This document shows positions 28,298 to 36,852 of a DNA stretch of 62,639 nucleotides, piece by piece. The stretch spans positions 1 through 62,639 of the IMG/VR virus record IMGVR_UViG_3300006638_000002. One strand, written 5' to 3'. The translations under genes and the position numbers were made by a program. Source of the DNA: a virus. Lineage: Duplodnaviria; Caudoviricetes. The notes under the pieces are model-generated. The model was given only the letters and a program-made list of their open reading frames with translations, was not told where the DNA came from and made no database searches. Each line of letters opens with the position of its first letter. Within the stretch, counting starts at the first letter, position 1.

Positions 28298-29562
28298 TGA
28301 CCAACCTGATTAAGCCGGACAAGAAACTGATCTCGTCCAGACGCAAATTTATCGCTGGCGCTGCCGCGGTGCTGGCAATGCCTGCGGTGTTTCGATCAGA
28401 TGAGGCGCGGGCGTCTTTCGTGCCGGGCCCCTACGAACTATGGATCGATCAACTCGGCGCCAAGGGCGACGGCAGCACGGATGACACCACGGCGTTTAGT
28501 CGCATTGCTGGCTATCTGCCGAATGGCGGCACGGTTCGCCTGTCCAATGGCAAGAATTATCTATCGTCGTCAGGATTCACTATTCCTGAAGGTGTGACGC
28601 TTGCGGGACCGTATGGCCAGATCGGAATGAACGGTCTGACCGCAACGCATCTCGCCAACTTCCGCAGCATTACGCTGGGCTCTGGTGCGACCATCACCAT
28701 GAATCAATCATCCACGCTAACGGGGTGTGCAATTCTTCCGCAGGGAATGACGTTCCCGCAGTCGAGTCCTTCTGCATGGACAGGCACTGCGGTTACAATC
28801 GCACAGAGCAATGCTTGTGTTGAAAATTCAATGATTGCTGGCTTCGGTCTTGGTATTCATTCGGAAGGCACGGTTTCTGTTGGCGTAGACCGGACATATG
28901 TTCGGCATTGCCAGATGGATAATGTTGCTGGGATTCAAGCGGGATATTGTTTTGATGTCTCACGCTTTGAGGACATTCATTGCTGGCCGTTCTTGACCTA
29001 TAACTCAGGAACTCTCACACGCACCGGAACGGCCTATTTAGTAGACAATCCGAATGATTGGGGCGAGTTCAACTATTGTTTCGCGTATGGCTACGATAAA
29101 GGTTTCAGCAATTCGGGGGCAAGCTCTCTCACTTATAACTTATGTGGCGCGGATACGTGCGCGACCTATGGATTTGTCCATTCCGGCACTCCAAGCGCCG
29201 ACGTAAGCTACATCGGATGCAATGCGGGCGGATGTGGGAATGGCATCTACATTTCTAGTCAGTATGCCGGTGATGCGATAGCAACTATCTCCGCCTGTCG
29301 CTTTTGGTCAAATACCAACGGAATAGCCGTTGATGCATCAAACCTTATCCCAATCACTGTGACAGGCGGTTCGAATCGCGATAATACCGCATGGGGAATT
29401 AATTGCGCTTCTAGCCATACTGGTTCCAAGATGACAGTGACCGGCGCTGTGTTCCAAGGCAATTCGAGCGGTGCCGCTGCCACATTAGCCACTGGCGTTT
29501 TGACCTCATGCGTACTTAGCGGTGAGACTGTCACCGGCTTTACGCAGTCGAACAATATCTAA
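28297..29562 (+). CDS. Pectate-lyase-like beta-helix tailspike with twin-arginine (Tat) signal
   Basis: SSRRKFIAGAAAVLAMPAVFRSDEARA|S then LGAKGDGSTDDTTAF...GGTV...GKNY. Confidence 0.8.
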   Translation: MTNLIKPDKKLISSRRKFIAGAAAVLAMPAVFRSDEARASFVPGPYELWIDQLGAKGDGSTDDTTAFSRIAGYLPNGGTVRLSNGKNYLSSSGFTIPEGVTLAGPYGQIGMNGLTATHLANFRSITLGSGATITMNQSSTLTGCAILPQGMTFPQSSPSAWTGTAVTIAQSNACVENSMIAGFGLGIHSEGTVSVGVDRTYVRHCQMDNVAGIQAGYCFDVSRFEDIHCWPFLTYNSGTLTRTGTAYLVDNPNDWGEFNYCFAYGYDKGFSNSGASSLTYNLCGADTCATYGFVHSGTPSADVSYIGCNAGGCGNGIYISSQYAGDAIATISACRFWSNTNGIAVDASNLIPITVTGGSNRDNTAWGINCASSHTGSKMTVTGAVFQGNSSGAAATLATGVLTSCVLSGETVTGFTQSNNI

Positions 29563-30089
29563 TGCAGGATAATCTTTCTAAGGCGCTCGACTTCATCACC
29601 ACTGACGAAGGTGAGGAATTGAATGTCAGCCCTGACGAACCGGGTGGCGCTTCCAAATGGGGAGTGACGCTCACCGATCTATCTGAAGTTCGCGGTAAGG
29701 TCTGCACGGTAGCCGATGTCGCTGCTCTCACGCAGGATGATGCGAGCCAGATATACGGCACGAGATTCGCTGTCCCTATTCATTTTGATGAATTGCCTGG
29801 CGGTGTCGATTATCGAATGCTCGATTGCGCCGTGACGCTCGGTGTCACGGGCTCCATCCAAGCCTTGCAGATGTGTCTCGCCATATGGCCGACGACAGGG
29901 ACCATGGATGCCATTACACTGGCGGCTGTGAAGGCTGCGACTCCATCGGTTCTCGTGCTGCAACTTGATGCCGCGTGGTTAACATGGAAACGCGGCCTGA
30001 CTCCGACTGGATTTTCCAAGTACGGTCATGGCTGGACGAATCGAATCCTCAAAGTTAGGAGCCGCATAGCGGCAATGGTGACGTCATGA
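29562..30089 (+). CDS. Endolysin, glycoside hydrolase family 108-like
   Basis: EG......DEPGGASKWGVT; LPGGVDY...D.AV..G; YGHGWTNRI. Confidence 0.85.
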   Translation: MQDNLSKALDFITTDEGEELNVSPDEPGGASKWGVTLTDLSEVRGKVCTVADVAALTQDDASQIYGTRFAVPIHFDELPGGVDYRMLDCAVTLGVTGSIQALQMCLAIWPTTGTMDAITLAAVKAATPSVLVLQLDAAWLTWKRGLTPTGFSKYGHGWTNRILKVRSRIAAMVTS

Positions 30090-30862
30090 GTTTCGCTGCG
30101 ATGGTCGCTTCAGACGGCCCACTGCAACTCGGTGTGCGAGATGGTCCGGACGTTCGCGCGCTGCAAGTGGCACTATCGAATGCGGGCTATCGCGTTGACA
30201 TCAATTCCGGCACATTCACGGCTGATACTGAATACTGGCTACGGCAATTCCAGAAACAGCACGGCCTCAATATCGATGGCATACTAGGACCAACTGCGGC
30301 GGCGGCGCTAGATGCCCCATCGTCGGTTCTCATACAGACAGCAACTCCGCTGGTCGGGCCTACCGGCTTCCCGCATGACGACTCCGCATCGCTGATTGCG
30401 TTCTATGGCGATCCGAGCGTGAACAACACGGCATGGCAAGAAGCGAACCTAGTCCCGGTCGTTCCGCCCTATCAGATGTTCGGAGGCGACAACGACGATG
30501 GAACATCTCCGGTCAAGAACATCTATTTTCATAAACTGTGCGCGCCGAACCTGTTGGCGGCCCTAACCGATATCTGGAATTACTACGGCAAGGACGACGC
30601 CAAAATCCATGCGATCGGGATGCATCGTTTCAGCGGTGCCTATAACTACAGGCCGATCCGCGGCAGCACGCGATTATCGGATCACTCATTTGGATGCGCC
30701 ATTGATTTGGACTCTCAAGACAATCCGATGACAACGGACTTTAGTATTCCCTACAAAATGCCACAGGCATGTGCTGATATCTTTAAGTCACATGGTGCAT
30801 TTTGGGGTGGAGATTTCAAACACAGAAAAGATTATATGCACTATCAGTGGAGCCAGGAATAG
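30086..30862 (+). CDS. Endolysin: peptidoglycan-binding domain + M15 metallopeptidase
   Basis: L.LG..GPDVRALQ..L...FQ..HGL..DGI.GP; R..RG...LSDHSFGCAIDL; DYMHYQ. Confidence 0.85.
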   Translation: MSFAAMVASDGPLQLGVRDGPDVRALQVALSNAGYRVDINSGTFTADTEYWLRQFQKQHGLNIDGILGPTAAAALDAPSSVLIQTATPLVGPTGFPHDDSASLIAFYGDPSVNNTAWQEANLVPVVPPYQMFGGDNDDGTSPVKNIYFHKLCAPNLLAALTDIWNYYGKDDAKIHAIGMHRFSGAYNYRPIRGSTRLSDHSFGCAIDLDSQDNPMTTDFSIPYKMPQACADIFKSHGAFWGGDFKHRKDYMHYQWSQE

Positions 30863-30919
30863 ATTGTGATAAACTGCCAGAATAGTTAAACATCGCGGGC
30901 AACTAAGGGGAATCACCTA

Positions 30920-31537
30920 ATGAAGTCGGCAAAGCTTTTACTAGCGGCCTTTCTGATTATTGCCCCGCTTTCGGTGTGCGCTCAGACGCCTCCGATTACC
31001 CTTACCCCAACGAACGTGACTACAACGACTCTTCCAGCAACGGGTCCTGCGGCTACTGCTGCACCTGCGGTCACGCAGAACACTGTTTCAACGACGGGCC
31101 CGGTTGAAAGCAAAACCACCATTAGCGTCGGTACATTGGCCGGCGAAGTCCTACAATGGCTCGCGGCTGCGTTTAGCGTTCCGATCGGCGGTTTGCTCAC
31201 GGCATGGCTCTATCGCCTATTTAAACTTGCTGGGGTGAATGTTGCGGATGGTCTGCGGACAAAATTGCAGGAGATCATCATCAACGGCTTGAACGCCGGT
31301 GCCAAGAATACGGCCGACCAGATGCAGGGCAGAGGCCAAGTCGAGATCAAGAATGCAGTGGTGGCTCAGGCCGTAGTTTATGCGCAGGCCCATGCCGCCG
31401 AAACGCTTAAGCAACTTGGGCTCGATCCGCAGAGCGGCGCCGCGGTGGAAGCAATCAAGGCTCGCATTGAAACCGCCATCAATGATCCGTCTGCTCCTAC
31501 GCCGCCAGTTCTAGACGGCCATCCAAAGGCTGCATGA
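30920..31537 (+). CDS. Holin-like membrane protein with N-terminal signal peptide
   Basis: MKSAKLLLAAFLIIAPLSVCA|Q, Thr/Pro linker, one TM, helical C-domain (AVVYAQ..A.E.LK.LG) resembling LL-H-type holins. Confidence 0.55.
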   Translation: MKSAKLLLAAFLIIAPLSVCAQTPPITLTPTNVTTTTLPATGPAATAAPAVTQNTVSTTGPVESKTTISVGTLAGEVLQWLAAAFSVPIGGLLTAWLYRLFKLAGVNVADGLRTKLQEIIINGLNAGAKNTADQMQGRGQVEIKNAVVAQAVVYAQAHAAETLKQLGLDPQSGAAVEAIKARIETAINDPSAPTPPVLDGHPKAA

Positions 31538-31538
31538 G

Positions 31539-32306
31539 ATGAATTACAAAACTGGAAAACTACCGGCGCGGCCTGATGCTGTCGGTTTTAAGTTCGGCGC
31601 ATTTTTTAATGCTGAAAAGTTGCCGACGCCACCTGCCAAGTTCGGTCATTACGGGCTCGGCATAGGTCTTAATTTTGGAATGCTCGCAAATGACCAATAC
31701 GCAAATTGTGTATTCGCTGGTGCTGCTCACGAGCACATGATCTGGACCCATCGATCGGGAACCGGCCAGCCTGTCGCATTCAACGATGCGTGCGTACTGG
31801 CAGATTATGGCGCGGTGACAGGATTTGATCCGTCCAAGCCCGCCAGCGATCAGGGCACCGATATGGTTTATGCGGCATCCTACCGCCGCACGGTTGGCGT
31901 TGCCGATGCTCGTGGGGATCGTCATAAGATTGATTCCTACGTGGCGCTGCGTCCTGGTGATGCGGACCAACTCGCATTGGCGACCTATCTGACGGGCGCC
32001 ACGGCGGTCGGGATCCAATTTCCCGATAGCGCGGAGAATCAATTCGACAAGAGCGAACCGTGGGACGTTGTGCCTAATGCTAAGATAAATGGTGGCCACT
32101 ACGTCCCCTGTGTGGGACGTAACAGCGATGGCAATCTGCTTATCGTCACCTGGGGCCGTTTGCACGCGATGACGCCGAAGTTTTATCAGACCTACTGCGA
32201 TGAGGCGCTGGCGTATGTCTCCGTTGATCTAATGAAGGACGATCTCTCTCCGGATGGGTTTAATTCTGTTCAACTCAGTCGAGACTTAGCTGCACTCGCA
32301 AACTGA
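31539..32306 (+). CDS. Papain-like cysteine peptidase
   Basis: NDQYANCVFAGAAH (Cys), GGHYVPCVG (His), IVTWG. Confidence 0.75.
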   Translation: MNYKTGKLPARPDAVGFKFGAFFNAEKLPTPPAKFGHYGLGIGLNFGMLANDQYANCVFAGAAHEHMIWTHRSGTGQPVAFNDACVLADYGAVTGFDPSKPASDQGTDMVYAASYRRTVGVADARGDRHKIDSYVALRPGDADQLALATYLTGATAVGIQFPDSAENQFDKSEPWDVVPNAKINGGHYVPCVGRNSDGNLLIVTWGRLHAMTPKFYQTYCDEALAYVSVDLMKDDLSPDGFNSVQLSRDLAALAN

Positions 32307-32316
32307 CGGAGAAACC

Positions 32317-32460
32317 GTGAAAAGACCAAAGTGGAGTTGGTTATGGATGTGGTTCAGCAATGACCCGATATATTTTCCTGTAACTACTCAGCACGAAGCG
32401 GTATCAAATCTTTGGCGAGCCTATCTACGAGAACATCTGAAATCGCAACGAGGCAAATAG
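32317..32460 (+). CDS. Small hypothetical protein (47 aa)
   Basis: GGAG SD + GTG; fills gap. Confidence 0.5.
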   Translation: MKRPKWSWLWMWFSNDPIYFPVTTQHEAVSNLWRAYLREHLKSQRGK

Positions 32461-32469
32461 GAGAGAATT

Positions 32470-32667
32470 ATGGCCGATGCAGTACAAGGCACCCAAGTTG
32501 ATCCTGACCGGCTAGCGGCTGCCCAAGCGGCAGTAAGGCAAGTCGTCAACGGGTTCACATATGACGGCTTCAATGTTGGAAGCCGGGTAACGGCGGATGA
32601 ATGCAATCAGGTCGCCGTTGCTGTGATGGCGGCTCTCGAGGCTTACGATTCGTCGAAGCCAATTTAA
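32470..32667 (+). CDS. Hypothetical protein
   Basis: AGGAG SD. Confidence 0.65.
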   Translation: MADAVQGTQVDPDRLAAAQAAVRQVVNGFTYDGFNVGSRVTADECNQVAVAVMAALEAYDSSKPI

Positions 32668-32679
32668 CGGAGTTATCAA

Positions 32680-32991
32680 ATGAAGAATTTTCTACGAGTT
32701 CTTCCGATTGTCGGCACGTTGCTGGTCGGTGGTTGCGGTGTGACCAACCCGTTTACCGGCGTTCCAGTCACGGCGGCTGATGTTCAGGCTGCTGCGGTCG
32801 CCGCTTGCGGCTTCCTGCCTACGGCTTCGACCGTTGCCAACATCATCGCTGCAGGAAATCCAGCAGTGGCTACGGTGTCAACTATCGCCGCGGCCATTTG
32901 CTCGGCTGTGGTCGGCGCGAAGGGTCGCAGGCTTGGTGGCGCTGTGCCGAACGTGAACGGCGTTCCTGTTCATGGGCGCTTCGTCCAGTAA
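32680..32991 (+). CDS. Lipoprotein (possible spanin-type)
   Basis: MKNFLRVLPIVGTLLVGG|C lipobox; in lysis region. Confidence 0.7.
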   Translation: MKNFLRVLPIVGTLLVGGCGVTNPFTGVPVTAADVQAAAVAACGFLPTASTVANIIAAGNPAVATVSTIAAAICSAVVGAKGRRLGGAVPNVNGVPVHGRFVQ

Positions 32992-33042
32992 GAGAAATGG
33001 CCCCTTGCCTATCTGGTGAGGGGCCAATTTTAATGGAGCGAT

Positions 33043-33468
33043 GTGATGACACCAATAATTACGGGCGGAGTTGTTGGGACCACATGGAGCACTTGGCGTC
33101 GTAAGACTGTTACGATCTGCGGGCTCATCGCGGCCATCACCGGGGCCGTGGTCGGCGTGGCTAAGGCCGCACCAATCATCGAACCATGGTGGTATGCCCA
33201 TCGAGGTTACGTGCGAGAGTACGATCAAGAAATAACTGGGCCGTTGCTTCAGCGCATCATCGAAATTCAACTCAATCAGAACTCCGACAAGCGCCAGCGT
33301 CTACTCGACGAGGTGCCCAAGCGTGAATTGGAATTGCAAAGCGACCAAGCCAAACAGCTTCCGCAGTATCGTGCTTTAGTTCAATCGCGCGTTGATCGCG
33401 TTAAGGAAGAACTGAAATCGCTCGACGAAAAGGATAAATCTTTGTTCAGCGAGAAATTGGCAAAATAG
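33043..33468 (+). CDS. N-terminal-TM coiled-coil protein (possible i-spanin/antiholin)
   Basis: One TM then helical domain. Confidence 0.6.
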   Translation: MMTPIITGGVVGTTWSTWRRKTVTICGLIAAITGAVVGVAKAAPIIEPWWYAHRGYVREYDQEITGPLLQRIIEIQLNQNSDKRQRLLDEVPKRELELQSDQAKQLPQYRALVQSRVDRVKEELKSLDEKDKSLFSEKLAK

Positions 33469-33512
33469 AAAAATGCAAACAATGCTGGCAAATCTTTTCC
33501 GGAGAGATAATT

Positions 33513-34157
33513 ATGGTAGCTAAAGAAAGTGTCGATAATATCGACCATGATCCAACAAAAAACGTTTTGGACTTGGTGAAAGCCGAGTCAAAATATCAAG
33601 ACGGTATGCGTAATGCTCTCGGAGAGTTACAAACTTTTGCGCGTGAATCAGAATCAAAGATGCAGAATTTGATGCGTAATGCGGAGACAAATCGTATAGA
33701 TCAATTGGCAGGTCAACGGCAGATTTATGAGGCTCAAATTGCCAATATGCTTGCGAAGTCTGTCGAGACAACCTCAAATTTGGTATCTACGCAGTTAGTT
33801 CAAATTCAAAGCACGTTTGATGCTCGAGTTTCTAAACTGGAGGAATACCGGCTTAAAGCCGAAGGAAAAAGTAGTGTGGCTGATCCAGCACTCGCATCAC
33901 AACTCGGTATACTGGCTGCAGGCCAGCAGGCGGTACAAGATGCTTTTCAAAAAACTATGCGGGAACACACTGAGCTTGAGATGAGCTATATGGTCAAGAT
34001 GTCAAATAACATTGAGGCTTTACAAACCGTTGGTACGAAATCAAGCGGGAGAGATGCTGGCAGGCGAGAGGTGATAGCATGGATTGTTGCTGCCGGAATG
34101 TTTATCGCGGCTCTTATATATCCGTTATTCCAAGTGTTGCATGCCACGGCTAAATAG
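33513..34157 (+). CDS. Coiled-coil protein with C-terminal TM
   Basis: GGAG SD; heptad-like body; VIAWIVAAGMFIAALIY. Confidence 0.7.
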   Translation: MVAKESVDNIDHDPTKNVLDLVKAESKYQDGMRNALGELQTFARESESKMQNLMRNAETNRIDQLAGQRQIYEAQIANMLAKSVETTSNLVSTQLVQIQSTFDARVSKLEEYRLKAEGKSSVADPALASQLGILAAGQQAVQDAFQKTMREHTELEMSYMVKMSNNIEALQTVGTKSSGRDAGRREVIAWIVAAGMFIAALIYPLFQVLHATAK

Positions 34158-34346
34158 ATGCGCATTCACGTTCGGGCGAAATGTGAACGAGTACGGCGGA
34201 ACAACGGCATGGTCGAGGTGTTATTCACTCGCCGTCAAAGCGAAGAAGAGCATGTTCTGATTAACGTGGTCTGGAAAGATAAGGCCTTCGTTGAAGGCAA
34301 AGAATATCTGATTGAAATACAACCGGCTTTTCCGCATGAAAAATGA
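34158..34346 (+). CDS. Hypothetical protein
   Basis: Abuts upstream stop; F.EGKEY.IEI motif. Confidence 0.6.
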   Translation: MRIHVRAKCERVRRNNGMVEVLFTRRQSEEEHVLINVVWKDKAFVEGKEYLIEIQPAFPHEK

Positions 34347-34644
34347 GGATATGCACAAAGTTCTTTCGGCGCTAAAACGGTACTTCGATTCTACGCCCGA
34401 ATGGGCTAAGACTATCATCTCAAAACAGGAGAGACTCATGGCTGCCATGGACAACCTAACCGCATCTGAGACGCGGCTAGAGACTATCGCGACTGCCGTT
34501 CTTGCCGACATCGCCGCGCTTACCACGCAGTTAACCACGGCCAATACCGCGAATGACCCTGCCATCCAAGCCGTGGCCGACAAGATGACCGCGTTGGGCG
34601 ACAAGCTGCAGGCGGTCGTTCCTGCTGCTACGCCACCGGCGTAA
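34336..34644 (+). CDS. Coiled-coil hypothetical protein
   Basis: ER.MAAMD.L..... DPAIQAVAD pattern; followed by hairpin 34658-34680. Confidence 0.6.
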   Translation: MKNEDMHKVLSALKRYFDSTPEWAKTIISKQERLMAAMDNLTASETRLETIATAVLADIAALTTQLTTANTANDPAIQAVADKMTALGDKLQAVVPAATPPA

Positions 34645-34690
34645 GTCCCGCGTAGATCCCGGGCCGCGCTGCGGCTCGGGCACTTAACCG

Positions 34691-34930
34691 ATGGTGGAGG
34701 ACGTCATGGGAATCATCGAAGCTGTAATCCGGGCTTTGCTCTATCTCTGCTGCATCGCCCTAGCGTTTTTCCTTGTCTTGTGGGTTCTCGGCTCGATCGG
34801 CGTGGCATTGCCGATCATGGTGGTCAACATCCTCAAGGTTATGTTCGTGCTTATCGCCATCCTAGTCCTTGTGAGACTGTTCTGGCCGATAGCGGCTGGC
34901 TATCAATGGTTCGGGCCGCGCGCGCCGTAA
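34691..34930 (+). CDS. Small two-TM membrane protein
   Basis: Two hydrophobic helices; alternative start at 34706 with GGAGG SD. Confidence 0.7.
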   Translation: MVEDVMGIIEAVIRALLYLCCIALAFFLVLWVLGSIGVALPIMVVNILKVMFVLIAILVLVRLFWPIAAGYQWFGPRAP

Positions 34931-35034
34931 TGTTTGCTGGTCGAAACGCACTGCTCTTGCTGGCAGTTGTCGTGATGGGGATCGCATTGGGGCTTTATCT
35001 GTCCGGAATCGACAACTGCTGCCAGTTGCAATAA
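34930..35034 (+). CDS. 34-aa membrane peptide ending ...SGIDNCCQLQ
   Basis: TAATG coupling; similar to 43327..43416. Confidence 0.55.
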   Translation: MFAGRNALLLLAVVVMGIALGLYLSGIDNCCQLQ

Positions 35035-35049
35035 TCGGGTAATTTACGG

Positions 35050-35080
35050 AACCGCCCCCTTGCGTTGGGGGGCGGTTTTT
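35050..35080 (+). terminator. Rho-independent terminator ending the late/lysis operon
   Basis: AACCGCCCCC-loop-GGGGGCGGTT followed by T run. Confidence 0.8.
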
Positions 35081-35161
35081 CGTTAGGCTCGGCGCTTCCC
35101 CATCATCATCCGGGGCCAAAGTCCACGTTCGCTATTCCGCCTTTAACCAACGGAGAACGAC

Positions 35162-35848
35162 ATGCGACCGCGCCTTTTATTGCTTGCCATTGCCTCCACC
35201 ATCGCCATTTCTGCCCCAGCCCAAGCCCGTCATTCCCGCACTGCACAATCCGGTTCCGTTACCCGCTATTGCGGTGATCGAGTATGCCCATCCTACGGAA
35301 AGGTGGCCGATCGTCCTGTTAGGGGCCGCCACGCTGTCAGCCAGGTGCCCCACCATCGCGTAGAAGCCTACCGTAGGCACCATGAGGGCCATAGGGAGAG
35401 GATAATCGCTACACGGCCATCTGTGGGCGAATCCGGCTCAGGGATCGTCCATTCGTCTAAAACCGGCGCGATCGCCCATGTTGCGGCGCGGTATGCTGGA
35501 ATGTTTCAGGCTTATATCAACGATCTCGAGCAGAACTATGGGGCTGTCGTGAAGTTCATCGGCGGTCTACGCCGCGGGCGATGTTCTCCGGGCAGCCAGC
35601 ATCCATGTGGCAAGGCGTTAGACGTCTGCCAGTTATCGCGCGATCAAGTGGACGGTCGTTGCCATCTGCCGGGGCGTTCTACGCTTATCGCGGTGGCTTC
35701 TAAGCATGGTCTGCAGGAAGGCGGTCAATGGTGTCACGGTGACATGGGCCACGCCCAGGTCAGTCCAAGTGCCGGACCATGCGGATCGCAAATGATGGCA
35801 CGGAGCCACATGCGTCGGCGCCATCACGTTCGGTACGCTCGCCGGTGA
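35162..35848 (+). CDS. Secreted M15-like (Zn peptidase fold) protein
   Basis: MRPRLLLLAIASTIAISAPAQA|R; SQHPCGKALD (HxxxxxxD) and DMGHAQ; GGAG SD. Confidence 0.7.
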   Translation: MRPRLLLLAIASTIAISAPAQARHSRTAQSGSVTRYCGDRVCPSYGKVADRPVRGRHAVSQVPHHRVEAYRRHHEGHRERIIATRPSVGESGSGIVHSSKTGAIAHVAARYAGMFQAYINDLEQNYGAVVKFIGGLRRGRCSPGSQHPCGKALDVCQLSRDQVDGRCHLPGRSTLIAVASKHGLQEGGQWCHGDMGHAQVSPSAGPCGSQMMARSHMRRRHHVRYARR

Positions 35849-35967
35849 CCAGACGTTTCCCTGATCCATACCGAACTGGACCGGCATCGCCATTTGTCGG
35901 GACGATATTCCGATGGCTTATCGTTATAAGCGCATTTTTTATTCTGGTGGCGTTTTGGTGGAGATAG
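35845..35967 (+). CDS. Small membrane peptide
   Basis: GTGA overlap; hydrophobic C-terminus. Confidence 0.45.
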   Translation: MTRRFPDPYRTGPASPFVGTIFRWLIVISAFFILVAFWWR

Positions 35968-36003
35968 AATCTACGGCTCTCAAGTTTCAATTTAAACCGC
36001 TAA

Positions 36004-36189
36004 TCACTGCCACTTATTACCAACGCGGCACACTAGCCCATTGCCGTAATCGACTAGCGTGTATTTTTTGCCTTCACGCCGAGCTAGTTCGGCTTGCATG
36101 ATGGCAACCTTGTCGCGTTCGGTCCTGCGGCGATCTTCGCCGGTAACAACGTCAAACAGTTTTCCGAGTAGCTGCGTGCCGTTGCTCAA
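36004..36189 (-). CDS. Array micro-ORF (MSNGTQLL...)
   Basis: TTG start after AGATAG-AGGA junction. Confidence 0.5.
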   Translation of the reverse strand: MSNGTQLLGKLFDVVTGEDRRRTERDKVAIMQAELARREGKKYTLVDYGNGLVCRVGNKWQ

Positions 36190-36200
36190 GAAAAAATCCT

Positions 36201-36356
36201 CTATCTCGCGGCCTTGACCGCGTTGTAATCGTTTTGCGCCTCGACCATCCGCGCGCAATGGGCGGATCGGTGGTCACAGCTTTTGCGACACTCCAAATGG
36301 GCACAGGGCGGCGTTAGCCGCTTGAACACTTCCCTATCTTCAAGTGGCGTCGCCAT
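36201..36356 (-). CDS. Array micro-ORF, Cys/His-rich (MATPLEDREV...)
   Basis: Follows ACGAAATAG-GAAC junction; ends GCG AGA TAG. Confidence 0.6.
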   Translation of the reverse strand: MATPLEDREVFKRLTPPCAHLECRKSCDHRSAHCARMVEAQNDYNAVKAAR

Positions 36357-36366
36357 CACCCGGTTC

Positions 36367-36474
36367 CTATTTCGTTTTAACAATCTGGTATGTCGCTGCG
36401 ACCGCGCAGCAAGCGAGAGCCAACATAGTGACTGATGCGCTTATGATAAATATGTTCATGGGTATGTCCGCCAT
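36367..36474 (-). CDS. Array micro-ORF, 35-aa single TM
   Basis: GGAGG SD in junction; ends ACG AAA TAG. Confidence 0.55.
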   Translation of the reverse strand: MADIPMNIFIISASVTMLALACCAVAATYQIVKTK

Positions 36475-36486
36475 TCCAAAATCCTC

Positions 36487-36708
36487 CTATTTTGATATCT
36501 GTACCGGACGAGTTTCCCAATCAACGCCCATTTCTTGTTGAAAACTAATTACGTTTTCCTCAGTCCACAATCTTGTGCGTCCGTCGCATGTGCGGACGCG
36601 CACCCATTTATGACTTGCACCAAAGCCGATCACCTCACCGCAACAAGTGTCAAGGTCAGGATTGTTTTTGGTGGCGTGATAGACGGGCTCTCCAATTACG
36701 ACTTTCAT
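36487..36708 (-). CDS. Array micro-ORF (MKVVIGEP...)
   Basis: ATGA coupling; ends TCA AAA TAG. Confidence 0.6.
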   Translation of the reverse strand: MKVVIGEPVYHATKNNPDLDTCCGEVIGFGASHKWVRVRTCDGRTRLWTEENVISFQQEMGVDWETRPVQISK

Positions 36709-36830
36709 TTCCTGGGAACCTTCCAAAACTCACCACATGAATAGCATCGCCAGCGATAATAGCGCGTGCCAGGGCTTTGCAAGCCCCGTTCCCTGTGAAA
36801 AATAAAACACCAAATTCTGCGAATCTTCAC
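36705..36830 (-). CDS. Array micro-ORF with C..H...CxxC zinc-finger-like pattern
   Basis: MKIRRIWCFIFH...RCYSCGEFW; GGAGG SD. Confidence 0.55.
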   Translation of the reverse strand: MKIRRIWCFIFHRERGLQSPGTRYYRWRCYSCGEFWKVPRK

Positions 36831-36852
36831 GATGCCCTCCTAATTTCACTCC

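Noticed and set aside
14364-29562. Diversity-generating retroelement acting on fibres
   Set aside because: No reverse transcriptase and no TR/VR repeat pair seen.
4092-33270. Many minus-strand and alternate-frame ORFs across the structural operon
   Set aside because: Shadows of GC-rich coding sequence; no motifs or RBS; fully overlap well-supported genes.
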